A stretch of 32,000 nucleotides of DNA from Bifidobacterium longum subsp. longum JCM 1217 (GTDB taxonomy: Bacteria > Actinomycetota > Actinomycetes > Actinomycetales > Bifidobacteriaceae): contig NC_015067.1 in assembly GCF_000196555.1 (NCBI RefSeq), forward strand, positions 120,001-152,000, read 5' to 3'. The position numbers and the translations under genes are program-made. Positions 17,701 to 25,858 of the stretch are shown piece by piece. Position 1 is the first letter of the stretch, and each line of letters starts with the position of its first letter. Below the pieces are notes generated by a model that saw only the letters and a program-made list of their open reading frames with translations, had not been told where the DNA came from and made no database searches.

Positions 17701-19227
17701 ATGAAAAACAAAGTGCAACTCATCACATACGCCGATCGTCTCGGCGATGGCACTCTTAGCTCGATGACCGACATCCTGCGCACCCGCTTCGACGGCGTGT
17801 ATGACGGCGTGCATATCCTGCCGTTCTTCACTCCGTTCGATGGTGCGGATGCAGGCTTCGACCCGATCGACCATACCAAAGTCGACGAACGTCTCGGCAG
17901 CTGGGACGACGTCGCCGAACTCTCCAAGACCCACAACATCATGGTCGACGCCATCGTCAACCACATGAGTTGGGAATCCAAGCAGTTCCAAGACGTGCTT
18001 GAAAAAGGTGAGGAATCCGAGTATTACCCGATGTTCCTGACCATGAGCTCCGTCTTCCCGAACGGCGCCACCGAAGAAGACCTGGCCGGCATCTACCGCC
18101 CGCGCCCGGGCCTGCCGTTCACCCACTACAAGTTCGCCGGCAAGACGCGCTTGGTCTGGGTGAGCTTCACCCCGCAGCAGGTGGACATCGACACTGATTC
18201 CGCCAAGGGTTGGGAATACCTGATGTCGATCTTCGATCAGATGGCCGCCAGCCACGTGCGCTACATCCGTCTCGACGCCGTGGGCTACGGCGCCAAGGAA
18301 GCCGGCACCAGCTGCTTCATGACCCCCAAGACCTTTAAGCTCATCTCCCGTCTGCGCGAGGAGGGCGTCAAGCGCGGCCTTGAAATCCTCATCGAGGTTC
18401 ACAGCTACTACAAGAAGCAGGTGGAAATCGCCTCCAAGGTGGACCGCGTCTACGATTTCGCCCTGCCGCCGCTGCTTCTGCACTCGCTGTTCACCGGTCA
18501 CGTCGAACCCGTGGCCCACTGGACCGAGATCCGCCCGAACAACGCCGTCACCGTGCTCGATACGCACGATGGCATCGGCGTGATCGACATCGGCTCCGAC
18601 CAGCTCGACCGCTCCCTCAAGGGCCTCGTGCCCGACGAGGACGTCGACAACCTGGTCAACACCATCCATGCCAACACCCACGGCGAATCCCAGGCCGCCA
18701 CCGGTGCCGCCGCGTCCAACCTCGACCTCTACCAGGTCAACTCCACGTACTACTCGGCCCTCGGCTGCAACGACCAGCACTACTTGGCCGCCCGCGCCGT
18801 GCAGTTCTTCCTGCCGGGCGTGCCGCAGGTCTACTACGTGGGCGCGCTCGCCGGCCGCAACGACATGGAACTGCTGCGCCGCACCAACAACGGCCGCGAC
18901 ATCAACCGCCACTACTACTCCACCGCCGAAATCGATGAAAACCTCGAACGCCCGGTGGTCAAGGCCCTGAACGCCCTGGCCAAGTTCCGCAACGAACTGC
19001 CTGCATTCGATGGCGAGTTCAGCTACGAGGTCGATGGCGACACGTCCATCACCTTCCGCTGGACCGCCGCCGACGGCACGTCCACGGCCGCCCTCACCTT
19101 CGAGCCCGGACGCGGCCTCGGCACAGACAACGCCACCCCGGTTGCCAGCCTTGCCTGGAGCGATGCCGCCGGCGACCACGAAACCCGCGATCTGCTCGCC
19201 AACCCGCCGATTGCCGATATCGACTAA
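17701..19227 (+). CDS. scrP: Sucrose phosphorylase (GH13_18)
   Basis: MKNKVQLITYADRLGDGTL...DGVHILPFFTPFDGADAGFDPIDHTKVD...RLDAVGYG...IEVHSYY is near-identical over long stretches to the B. adolescentis sucrose phosphorylase as I recall it. GGGAGG SD lies upstream. Confidence 0.97.
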   Translation: MKNKVQLITYADRLGDGTLSSMTDILRTRFDGVYDGVHILPFFTPFDGADAGFDPIDHTKVDERLGSWDDVAELSKTHNIMVDAIVNHMSWESKQFQDVLEKGEESEYYPMFLTMSSVFPNGATEEDLAGIYRPRPGLPFTHYKFAGKTRLVWVSFTPQQVDIDTDSAKGWEYLMSIFDQMAASHVRYIRLDAVGYGAKEAGTSCFMTPKTFKLISRLREEGVKRGLEILIEVHSYYKKQVEIASKVDRVYDFALPPLLLHSLFTGHVEPVAHWTEIRPNNAVTVLDTHDGIGVIDIGSDQLDRSLKGLVPDEDVDNLVNTIHANTHGESQAATGAAASNLDLYQVNSTYYSALGCNDQHYLAARAVQFFLPGVPQVYYVGALAGRNDMELLRRTNNGRDINRHYYSTAEIDENLERPVVKALNALAKFRNELPAFDGEFSYEVDGDTSITFRWTAADGTSTAALTFEPGRGLGTDNATPVASLAWSDAAGDHETRDLLANPPIADID

Positions 19228-19303
19228 CCGTTGGCCCATAAACGCCACTCCGCTGTGCGCGCTCCAAGTAGTGCGCCCGGCGTAAGCTGGGTTCATGGAG
19301 AGC

Positions 19304-19347
19304 AAACCGCCCGCAGTGCACTGAAGCCAGTGCGCCCGGGCGGTTTT
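19304..19347 (+). terminator. Rho-independent terminator between scrP and scrT
   Basis: AAACCGCCCG...GCACTG aagc CAGTGC...CGGGCGGTTT forms a long interrupted stem followed by TTTT. Confidence 0.75.
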
Positions 19348-19444
19348 GCGTATGCGGGGTTGAAGGTCATGCTCCTGCGGGCGCGGCCCAAGCATCCCGC
19401 CGGAATCGACGAGACGAGCAGCAGAACAGAGAAAGAGCAGCATC

Positions 19445-21082
19445 ATGTTGGAACCGTATGTGCGTCCGGGTATTGATGATCGCCCGGATTTGGACAAGGT
19501 CCTAAGTCCCGAAGACAAAGCCGCCGTGGCCAGACTGGCCATCAAGAATCGCCGCCGCCCGCCCGAAGCCTCTGCGGACCAGCCTGAGGCCCAGGCTGTG
19601 CGATTGGCTTCCGCCGGTTCTTCGGCAGCCGCTGCTGCAGCCGCCAGTGTGGACACTCCCGCGCCGGATATGTCGTCCGCCTACCTCGACATGCGCGATC
19701 CCATGGTCGCCGTCAATGGCCAACGCCCTACCGCAGGTCAGGTCTCCCGACTCAACTGGGGTTTCTTCGCTGCTTCAATTCTGGTCGGCGCACCTTGGGT
19801 GGCGTTGAACACCATTGCCATGCCCAACGCGATTGCGCGTACGTTCGGCTATGACACTGCTGTTGCCGGTCATATCGCCATCAATCCGGCCACTGGCCGC
19901 CCGTTGCCCGTCGCCACCGAATTGGCGATGCCCCTGGCCGTGTTGGTGATTGTCGGCGTAGTGGCCTCCATGTTTGCGATGCCGCTGATTTCAGTGTTGT
20001 CCGACCGCACACGCACGCCATTGGGCCGTCGTACCCCGTGGATGGTTGGCGGAGGTCTGCTGTGCGCGCTGATCACGCTGATTCTGGGGCAGAATATCGG
20101 CATCATTGTGCTTTGTATTTTCTGGGTGTTCCTACAGTTCGCCTATGCGATGCTTTCCGTGCCGTTGACCAGCGCCATCAGCGAACGGGTGCCCGACAAG
20201 TTCCGCCCTCGCATCGAACGCTGGCATGGCATCGGTGTGATGCTCGGCCAAGCGCTTGGCGTGTGCATGGGTGCGCTTGGTGTGATGTTCAATTCGTTTG
20301 CGCCGTTTAGTTACACCGCCGTGCTATTTGCAGTGTCCGGTATTGCCACCGTATTGATTCTGCCCAAGGAGCCTTCTAGCGCTGAGCAGCCGAACCAGCT
20401 TTTTGACCGCAGTCAGGTACTTGACCAATTGCGCCCGCCGGCCCACGCTCCCGAGTTCTCCCGGGTGTTCGCCGCCCGTACGTGCATGATGGCCGGTGTT
20501 GGGCTGACCGGTGTGTTTCTGTGGTATCTCGTACGTTTCTGGGTTTATGGCAAGGCCGTGGTACTTACGTCCGCGCCGCTGACCATTCCGGCCGGATTCC
20601 TCATTGCCGGTATGGCTGTGGCCACATTGATCGGTGCCGCGCTCGCCTCCTGGGCCGCCGGGCCGATTTCCGAGCGAATCGAGGAAAAGAACATTCCCGT
20701 GGCCCGTGTGGTGGCCGGTGCCTGCCTGCTGTATGCGATTGGTCTGGGGCTCGCATGGGGCCTTGGCGTCTGGTCCACCGGCACTGCCCGTGAAAACGGC
20801 ATGCTGCTGTTTGCGTTGATCTCCGGATTCGCCTTCGGCATTTACGATTCGCTCGGACTTGAACTGGTGATGGACTCTTTGCCCGACCCGCGCCGAGCCG
20901 GCCACGACCTCGGCATTTATGCGCTCGCCAACTCGGCCGGTCTGGCGCTCGCCGCCATCATCGGCGCGCTACTGGTGAACGCCTTCGAGCATAGCTTCGG
21001 CTATTACCTGCTCTTCCCGTCCGCCATCGTCATGGTGCTGCTGGCCGGAATCGTCACCCTCACCACCAAATCTGCCGAATAA
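19445..21082 (+). CDS. scrT: Sucrose/glycoside permease (MFS/GPH-type), start uncertain
   Basis: Polytopic membrane protein located between scrP and scrR. The first ~110 residues are hydrophilic and Ala-rich (SSAAAAAAASV), so a downstream start (for example the MSSAYLDM Met) is possible. Confidence 0.85.
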   Translation: MLEPYVRPGIDDRPDLDKVLSPEDKAAVARLAIKNRRRPPEASADQPEAQAVRLASAGSSAAAAAAASVDTPAPDMSSAYLDMRDPMVAVNGQRPTAGQVSRLNWGFFAASILVGAPWVALNTIAMPNAIARTFGYDTAVAGHIAINPATGRPLPVATELAMPLAVLVIVGVVASMFAMPLISVLSDRTRTPLGRRTPWMVGGGLLCALITLILGQNIGIIVLCIFWVFLQFAYAMLSVPLTSAISERVPDKFRPRIERWHGIGVMLGQALGVCMGALGVMFNSFAPFSYTAVLFAVSGIATVLILPKEPSSAEQPNQLFDRSQVLDQLRPPAHAPEFSRVFAARTCMMAGVGLTGVFLWYLVRFWVYGKAVVLTSAPLTIPAGFLIAGMAVATLIGAALASWAAGPISERIEEKNIPVARVVAGACLLYAIGLGLAWGLGVWSTGTARENGMLLFALISGFAFGIYDSLGLELVMDSLPDPRRAGHDLGIYALANSAGLALAAIIGALLVNAFEHSFGYYLLFPSAIVMVLLAGIVTLTTKSAE

Positions 21083-21096
21083 TAAACCGGTTCGAG
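21083..21096. promoter_or_regulatory. ScrR-type operator-like site between scrT and scrR, overlapping a hairpin (21093-21130)
   Basis: TAAACCGGTTCGAG shares the ACCGGTTCGA core. CGAGTACACTGG / CCAGTCCAGTACTCG forms a bulged stem immediately after it. Confidence 0.4.
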
Positions 21097-21145
21097 TACA
21101 CTGGTCAGCAGTGATCCAGTCCAGTACTCGCAGGGGAGCAAAACC

Positions 21146-22189
21146 ATGGTCGGCATGCGCGACGTAGCCAAAGCGGCAGGGGTGTCCTTAAGCACCGTTT
21201 CGTTGGTGGTCAACAACACCGGCTACGTCTCGGCCGATATGCGTGCCAAAGTCGAGTCCGCGATGCGCCAGCTCAACTACATTCCCAACGAGCTGGCCCG
21301 CAACCTCTACCGAAACCGCACCAACACCATCGGCGTGATCATGCCGACCATCGCCCACCCGTTCTTCTCCACACTCACCGCGCATCTGCAGCGCGAGTTC
21401 GCCGCGCGCGACCTCAAAACCCTGCTCTGCTCCACCGCCGATACAGACAAGGGCGAGAGCGAGTACATCGACATGCTCCAGCGGCACATGATGGACGGCA
21501 TCATCATGGCGGCCCACACCGAGCATCCGGCCGACTACTGGACCTCCATCCATCGGCCAATTGTCGCTTTCGACCGCACGCTCGGTGAGGGTGTGCCGGT
21601 CGTCCGGTCTGATCATGAACAGGGAGGCCGTCTGATTGCGCGCCAGCTCATCGATTCCGGCGCGCGCCACGTGGTGCTCGTTGGTGGCCCGCGTTCCCAG
21701 TTCGCGGAAGGCACCACTTTCCCCACGATTCGCTACCATCTCACCGTCGAGCGTCTGCTGGCTGAGGCCGGCATTGCCTGCGATTATGTCGAAGCCGGCA
21801 CCGTGGCCGACATCGCCGCCCACGAAGCCACCGCATGCGCCATTTTCGAACAGTATCCTGATGTCGACGCCATCGTCGGCTCCGATGTGGTGGCATCCGT
21901 GGCATTGCAGGAAGCCTCACGACGGGGTATCGAGGTGCCTGCTGATCTGCAAGTCATCGCCTATGACGGCACTCTCATGGCCGAAACCGCCGGCAAACGC
22001 CTGACCGCGATTCGACAGGACTTCCCGGCCATCGCCGCCGCGCTCGCCGTCCGCATGGACTCACAGATCGCCGCCGACGGTGGCCCCGCCTCTCCGTCCA
22101 AGAACGATAGCGCTTCGAACGTTGACACCCAACCCACTCCCGAAGAAGTCATCCCCGTAGCCCTCATCCCCGGCGAAACCACCCGGTGA
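21146..22189 (+). CDS. scrR: LacI-family sucrose operon regulator
   Basis: HTH MVGMRDVAKAAGVSLSTVSLVVNNTGYVS plus a sugar-binding core, located at the end of scrP-scrT. Confidence 0.92.
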   Translation: MVGMRDVAKAAGVSLSTVSLVVNNTGYVSADMRAKVESAMRQLNYIPNELARNLYRNRTNTIGVIMPTIAHPFFSTLTAHLQREFAARDLKTLLCSTADTDKGESEYIDMLQRHMMDGIIMAAHTEHPADYWTSIHRPIVAFDRTLGEGVPVVRSDHEQGGRLIARQLIDSGARHVVLVGGPRSQFAEGTTFPTIRYHLTVERLLAEAGIACDYVEAGTVADIAAHEATACAIFEQYPDVDAIVGSDVVASVALQEASRRGIEVPADLQVIAYDGTLMAETAGKRLTAIRQDFPAIAAALAVRMDSQIAADGGPASPSKNDSASNVDTQPTPEEVIPVALIPGETTR

Positions 22190-22196
22190 CTCCTAT

Positions 22197-22352
22197 CTTG
22201 GCTCCCCTCTCTGAGGCTGAGCTGTGAAGCAAACAGTCCAGTGGACTGTTTGTAGGCGAAGGCGAGCCGGGAGGCGAGCAGGCAGACTGCGGGCGGTAGC
22301 CCGTCTGTAATTGCGGCCGAGCTGGCGGCGTAGGCGACTGAGGGGAGCCGAG
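22197..22352. repeat. Structured repeat family B, copy 1 (about 155 bp, terminal inverted repeats CTTGGCTCCCCTC / GAGGGGAGCCGAG)
   Basis: Starts 8 nt after the scrR stop. Contains internal perfect hairpins AAACAGTCCA-g-TGGACTGTTT and CAGAC...GTCTG. Homologous in blocks to 26918-27023. Confidence 0.7.
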
Positions 22353-22393
22353 TCACGGCCGCCCACAGTCACCCATCTCACATGACTCCTACG

Positions 22394-22415
22394 TCACAAT
22401 GTCCACAATGTGAAC
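22394..22415. promoter_or_regulatory. Tandem CACAATGT units including TCCACAATGTGAAC (TTCAC-N3-GTGAA-type motif), candidate operator
   Basis: TCACAATGTCCACAATGTGA is palindromic at 16 of 20 positions. TCCAC-AAT-GTGAACCCTTGC closely parallels TCCAC-GAA-GTGAACCCCTGC upstream of ilvC1. Confidence 0.45.
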
Positions 22416-22504
22416 CCTTGCTGGATTGGCAAGACATACAAACCTATGTTTACATTCCAGTTCAGGTCGAACGGCCTGAGGAAATACCGAAAGGAGGCCA
22501 CGCG

Positions 22505-22573
22505 ATGACTGGATTCAATGCTTCTGCGTTTGTATCCGCACGAATTATTAGCCCGTCTTCGCTGGCGGACTAA
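22505..22573 (+). CDS. Candidate 22-codon leader peptide / small ORF (MTGFNASAFVSARIISPSSLAD)
   Basis: AAGGAGG lies 7 nt upstream of the ATG at 22505, and TAA is at 22571-22573. It is followed within 18 nt by a long terminator structure. There is no homology evidence. Confidence 0.3.
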   Translation: MTGFNASAFVSARIISPSSLAD

Positions 22574-22590
22574 TTCGGCACTGATGCTTG

Positions 22591-22665
22591 AAGCCCCGTC
22601 AACGAAGGCAGGGCCAATCAAGCTGACACAATCGGCACGGCCCTGCATGATGCGGGGCTTTTTTT
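22591..22665 (+). terminator. Two-tier hairpin plus U7 tract (intrinsic terminator/attenuator) upstream of the MFS transporter
   Basis: Outer stem AAGCCCCG (22591-98) / CGGGGCTT (22653-60), inner stem CAGGGCC (22609-15) / GGCCCTG (22639-45), then TTTTTTT to 22665. Confidence 0.65.
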
Positions 22666-22816
22666 GTTGCGCTCACAAGGCTTACGGCAGAATCCCGCAG
22701 ACGGAAACGGTAGCGGACAGTACACGGCAACAACACAGCGACAGAACAACAACCTCCCTGTGGGGCGAAATAATCGCCCGCCGATGAGAGTGAACGAGAG
22801 CAAAACAGGAGTAACA

Positions 22817-24184
22817 ATGACTGCAGCAGTCGAAGAGACTGGCTTAGGGCAGGCGGCAGGTAAAGCCGCTACCTTGGTACGCGATTCGGTCAAGACCGTG
22901 ATCGCCGCGTCGATGGTCGGTACCGCCATCGAATTCTATGACTTCTACGCCTACGGCACCGCCGCGGCAAACTACTTCCCGCACATCTTCTTCTCCGCGA
23001 AGGACAACCCCACCGTCGCACTGCTGATGAGCTTGCTGACCTTCGCCGTCGCCTTCATCGCCCGCCCGCTGGGCTCGCTGATCTTCGGCCACTTCGGCGA
23101 TCGCATGGGCCGCAAGACCACGCTGGTCGTCAGCCTGATGACCATGGGTGTCGGCACCTTCCTGATTGGCTGCCTGCCCACCTACGATCAGGTCGGCGTT
23201 GGTGCAGTCGCCATCCTCTGCCTGCTGCGTTTCATCCAGGGCATCGGCCTGGGCGGCGAATGGTCCGGCGCGGCACTGGTCGCCACCGAGAACGCGCCTG
23301 AAGACAAGCGCGCACTGTACGGCTCCTTCCCGGAGCTCGGCGCCCCGATCGGCTTCTTCCTGTCCAACGGCACCTACTTCGTGCTCGAATCCTTCAACAA
23401 TCAGGACGCGATGCTGGCTTGGGGCTGGCGTGTGCCGTTCCTGCTGTCCGCCATCCTGGTGATCGTCGGTCTCGTGGTCCGCGTTCACATGGAGGAGACC
23501 CCGATCTTCCGTATGGCTCAGGAGCAGAAGAAGGTTGTCAAGTCCCCGCTGACCGAGGTCTTCCGCAAGTCTTGGCGTCAGGTGCTGCAGGCCACCTTCC
23601 TCGTGGCTGTGACCTACACGCTGTTCTACACGCTCGCCACTTGGTCCCTCGCTTGGGGCACCAAGGAGCAGGGCGAAGGCGGCGGCAACCTTGGCTTCAC
23701 CAACCAGGAATACCTGCTCATGCTCATGATCTCCATCTGCGTGTTCGCCCTGTTCATCGTGCTGTCCTGCCTGTACGCGGACAAGATCGGCCGCCGTCGC
23801 GTGCTGACCTTCTCCTCCTGCGCGCTCGTCGTGTTCGCCGTGCTCTTCCCGTTCCTGCTGGACGGTGGTCTGGTCGGCCAGAAGAACTTCTTCGCCAACA
23901 TGGTGTTCCTGTGCGTCGGCTTTGCCCTGATGGGCATCGCCTTCGGCCCGATCGGCGCCTTCCTGCCTGAGCTGTTCGACGCCAACGTGCGTTACTCCGG
24001 CTCCGGCATCGGCTACAACCTGGCCGCCATCGTCGGCGCGGCTTTCGTGCCGACCATCGCCACTTGGCTGAGCTCCCACTGGGGCGTCCACTCCGTGGGC
24101 CTCTACCTCGCCGTGATGGCCGTGTGCTGCCTCGTCTCCGTGCTCACTTGCAAGGAGACTAAGGACGTTGACTTTACCAAGTGA
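22817..24184 (+). CDS. MFS transporter of the metabolite:H+ symporter (MHS) family (KgtP/ProP/ShiA-like)
   Basis: AIEFYDFYAYGTAAANYFPHIFF, GHFGDRMGRKTTL and RFIQGIGLGGEWSGA are typical MHS signatures. AGGAG lies upstream of the ATG at 22817; the tracked start at 22664 is an upstream extension. Confidence 0.9.
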   Translation: MTAAVEETGLGQAAGKAATLVRDSVKTVIAASMVGTAIEFYDFYAYGTAAANYFPHIFFSAKDNPTVALLMSLLTFAVAFIARPLGSLIFGHFGDRMGRKTTLVVSLMTMGVGTFLIGCLPTYDQVGVGAVAILCLLRFIQGIGLGGEWSGAALVATENAPEDKRALYGSFPELGAPIGFFLSNGTYFVLESFNNQDAMLAWGWRVPFLLSAILVIVGLVVRVHMEETPIFRMAQEQKKVVKSPLTEVFRKSWRQVLQATFLVAVTYTLFYTLATWSLAWGTKEQGEGGGNLGFTNQEYLLMLMISICVFALFIVLSCLYADKIGRRRVLTFSSCALVVFAVLFPFLLDGGLVGQKNFFANMVFLCVGFALMGIAFGPIGAFLPELFDANVRYSGSGIGYNLAAIVGAAFVPTIATWLSSHWGVHSVGLYLAVMAVCCLVSVLTCKETKDVDFTK

Positions 24185-24189
24185 CGATG

Positions 24190-24229
24190 TTCACAACGTG
24201 AAAAATCTCAATTCCACGAAGTGAACCCC
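24190..24229. promoter_or_regulatory. Two TTCAC-N3-GTGAA-type sites upstream of ilvC copy 1
   Basis: TTCACAACGTGAA (24190-24202, perfect 5-bp arms) and TTCCACGAAGTGAACCCC (24212-24229). Confidence 0.45.
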
Positions 24230-24377
24230 TGCGAGGCTTTTCCGGTGCAACAGGACTAAACCTGCATATCGGAAAAGCCCACAAGGAAAGCCACAACAGA
24301 ATATCGCTCAGCGAAACCCCGCAGAGCACAAGAAAATTTCAACCCCCATAAACAAATAAATAAAAGGAGCGCCAAAA

Positions 24378-25430
24378 ATGGCAGCAACTATCTGGTACGA
24401 GAAGGACGCCGATCTGTCCGTGTTCGATGGCAAGAAGGTCGCCATCTTGGGCTACGGCTCTCAGGGTCACGCTCACGCACTGAACCTGCGTGACTCCGGT
24501 GTCGACGTGGTCGTCGGCCTGCGTCCGACCTCCAAGTCTGTCGAGTTCGCCAAGGAGCAGGGTCTTGAGGTCAAGCCGGTTGGCGAGGCCGTCGCCGAGG
24601 CTGACGTTGTGATGATCCTTCTGCCTGACCAGTACCAGGCCAAGGTCTACAAGGAAGAAGTTGAGCCGAACCTGAAGCCGGGCGCTGCCCTGGCGTTCGC
24701 CCACGGCTTCAACATCCACTACGGCTACATCAAGCCGTCCGAGGATCACCCGGTCTTCATGGTCGCCCCGAAGGGCCCGGGCCACATCGTTCGTCGTGAG
24801 TACGCCGCTGGCCGTGGCGTCCCGGTCGTCGTTGCCGTCGAGCAGGACCCGGACGGCAAGACCTGGCCGCTGTGCCTGGCTTACGCCAAGGCTCTGGGCG
24901 CTCTGCGTGCAGGCGCCATCAAGACCACCTTCACTGAGGAGACCGAGACCGATCTGTTCGGTGAGCAGGACGTCCTCATGGGTGGCATCAACCACCTGTG
25001 CGACCTCGGTTTCGACGTGCTGACCGAGGCTGGCTACCAGCCGGAGATCGCCTACTTCGAGGTCTTCCACGAGCTGAAGATGCTCGTCGACCTGGCTAAC
25101 GAGGGTGGCCTGAACAAGGCTCGCTGGTCCTGCTCCGACACCGCTCAGTACGGCGACTACACCTCCACCGTCATCACCGACGAGACCAAGAAGCGCATGC
25201 AGTACCAGCTCAAGCGCATTCAGGACGGCTCCTTCGCCAAGGAGTTCATGGACGACCAGGCCGCTGGCGCCCCGAAGTTCAAGAAGCTGCAGGAAGAGTA
25301 CTCTCACCCGCACCTCGAGACCGTCGGCCCGAAGCTGCGCGCCATGTTCTCCTGGAACAACGCCGAGGCCAAGGACAAGGACGAGGCCGAGTCCTTCAAC
25401 GGCAAGATCGCTCGTACCCAGGTTCAGTGA
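24378..25430 (+). CDS. ilvC: Ketol-acid reductoisomerase (class I), copy 1
   Basis: [41 protein letters not shown]..., 350 aa, with AAAGGAG SD. Confidence 0.96.
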   Translation: MAATIWYEKDADLSVFDGKKVAILGYGSQGHAHALNLRDSGVDVVVGLRPTSKSVEFAKEQGLEVKPVGEAVAEADVVMILLPDQYQAKVYKEEVEPNLKPGAALAFAHGFNIHYGYIKPSEDHPVFMVAPKGPGHIVRREYAAGRGVPVVVAVEQDPDGKTWPLCLAYAKALGALRAGAIKTTFTEETETDLFGEQDVLMGGINHLCDLGFDVLTEAGYQPEIAYFEVFHELKMLVDLANEGGLNKARWSCSDTAQYGDYTSTVITDETKKRMQYQLKRIQDGSFAKEFMDDQAAGAPKFKKLQEEYSHPHLETVGPKLRAMFSWNNAEAKDKDEAESFNGKIARTQVQ

Positions 25431-25460
25431 TTGCCGCCCCTGAAGGGGATTTAAGCTAGC

Positions 25461-25497
25461 AAACCGCCGTTCCCGCCCATACGGGAGCGGCGGTTTT
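25461..25497 (+). terminator. Rho-independent terminator after ilvC copy 1
   Basis: AAACCGCCGTTCCCG cccata CGGGAGCGGCGGTTT (one mismatch), followed by a T-run. Confidence 0.8.
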
Positions 25498-25699
25498 GTG
25501 TTGTTGCGCGCAGCGAATCATTCTCAATAACAACTATGCGCTGATTTCTTGCAGGCAAACGAACACCGAATATGCAAGATCGTTGATATCTCAGCCTTTC
25601 CCCATATGTGGGATTGTGCGATTCTGTTCAAAAGGGTGCAGAGTTGTTATCGAGAATCGTTCTCTGCACACGGCTGTCCATACTCCAATAGTGACCTAG

Positions 25700-25712
25700 C
25701 TCACGTTGTGGA
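25700..25712. promoter_or_regulatory. TTCAC-N3-GTGAA-type site upstream of ilvC copy 2
   Basis: CTCACGTTGTGGA; its reverse complement TCCACAACGTGAG matches the sites at 22402 and 24190. Confidence 0.4.
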
Positions 25713-25858
25713 CTCCAGCGGGGCTGCGACGGCGTTCTCGGTAGGATTGAACTCGGTTTGAAGGACACAATCCTCGCAAAACAGGACTTATCTGCACACC
25801 GTAGATACCCCCGGCGCCCAGCGGCGCCACAACCCACTACTGAAAAGGAGTGCCAATA

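Noticed and set aside
22382-22573. 63-aa ORF (MTPTSQCPQCEPLL...) as a real protein gene
   Set aside because: There is no RBS at its ATG, no recognisable domain and only a single CxxC. The strong RBS is internal, in front of Met-42, so the 22-codon version is the better candidate, and it remains hypothetical.
22505-22573. Mini-ORF as a classical branched-chain amino-acid (ilv-type) attenuation leader
   Set aside because: The peptide has only one Ile-Ile pair and no run of Ile/Leu/Val codons, unlike known ilv leaders. It is kept as a generic leader/attenuator candidate.
25496-25761. ORFs of 67 and 70 aa in the ilvC1-ilvC2 spacer
   Set aside because: They have no RBS, atypical composition (Cys/His/Ser-rich, low GC3) and overlapping frames. 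The region looks like promoter/leader DNA for ilvC2.
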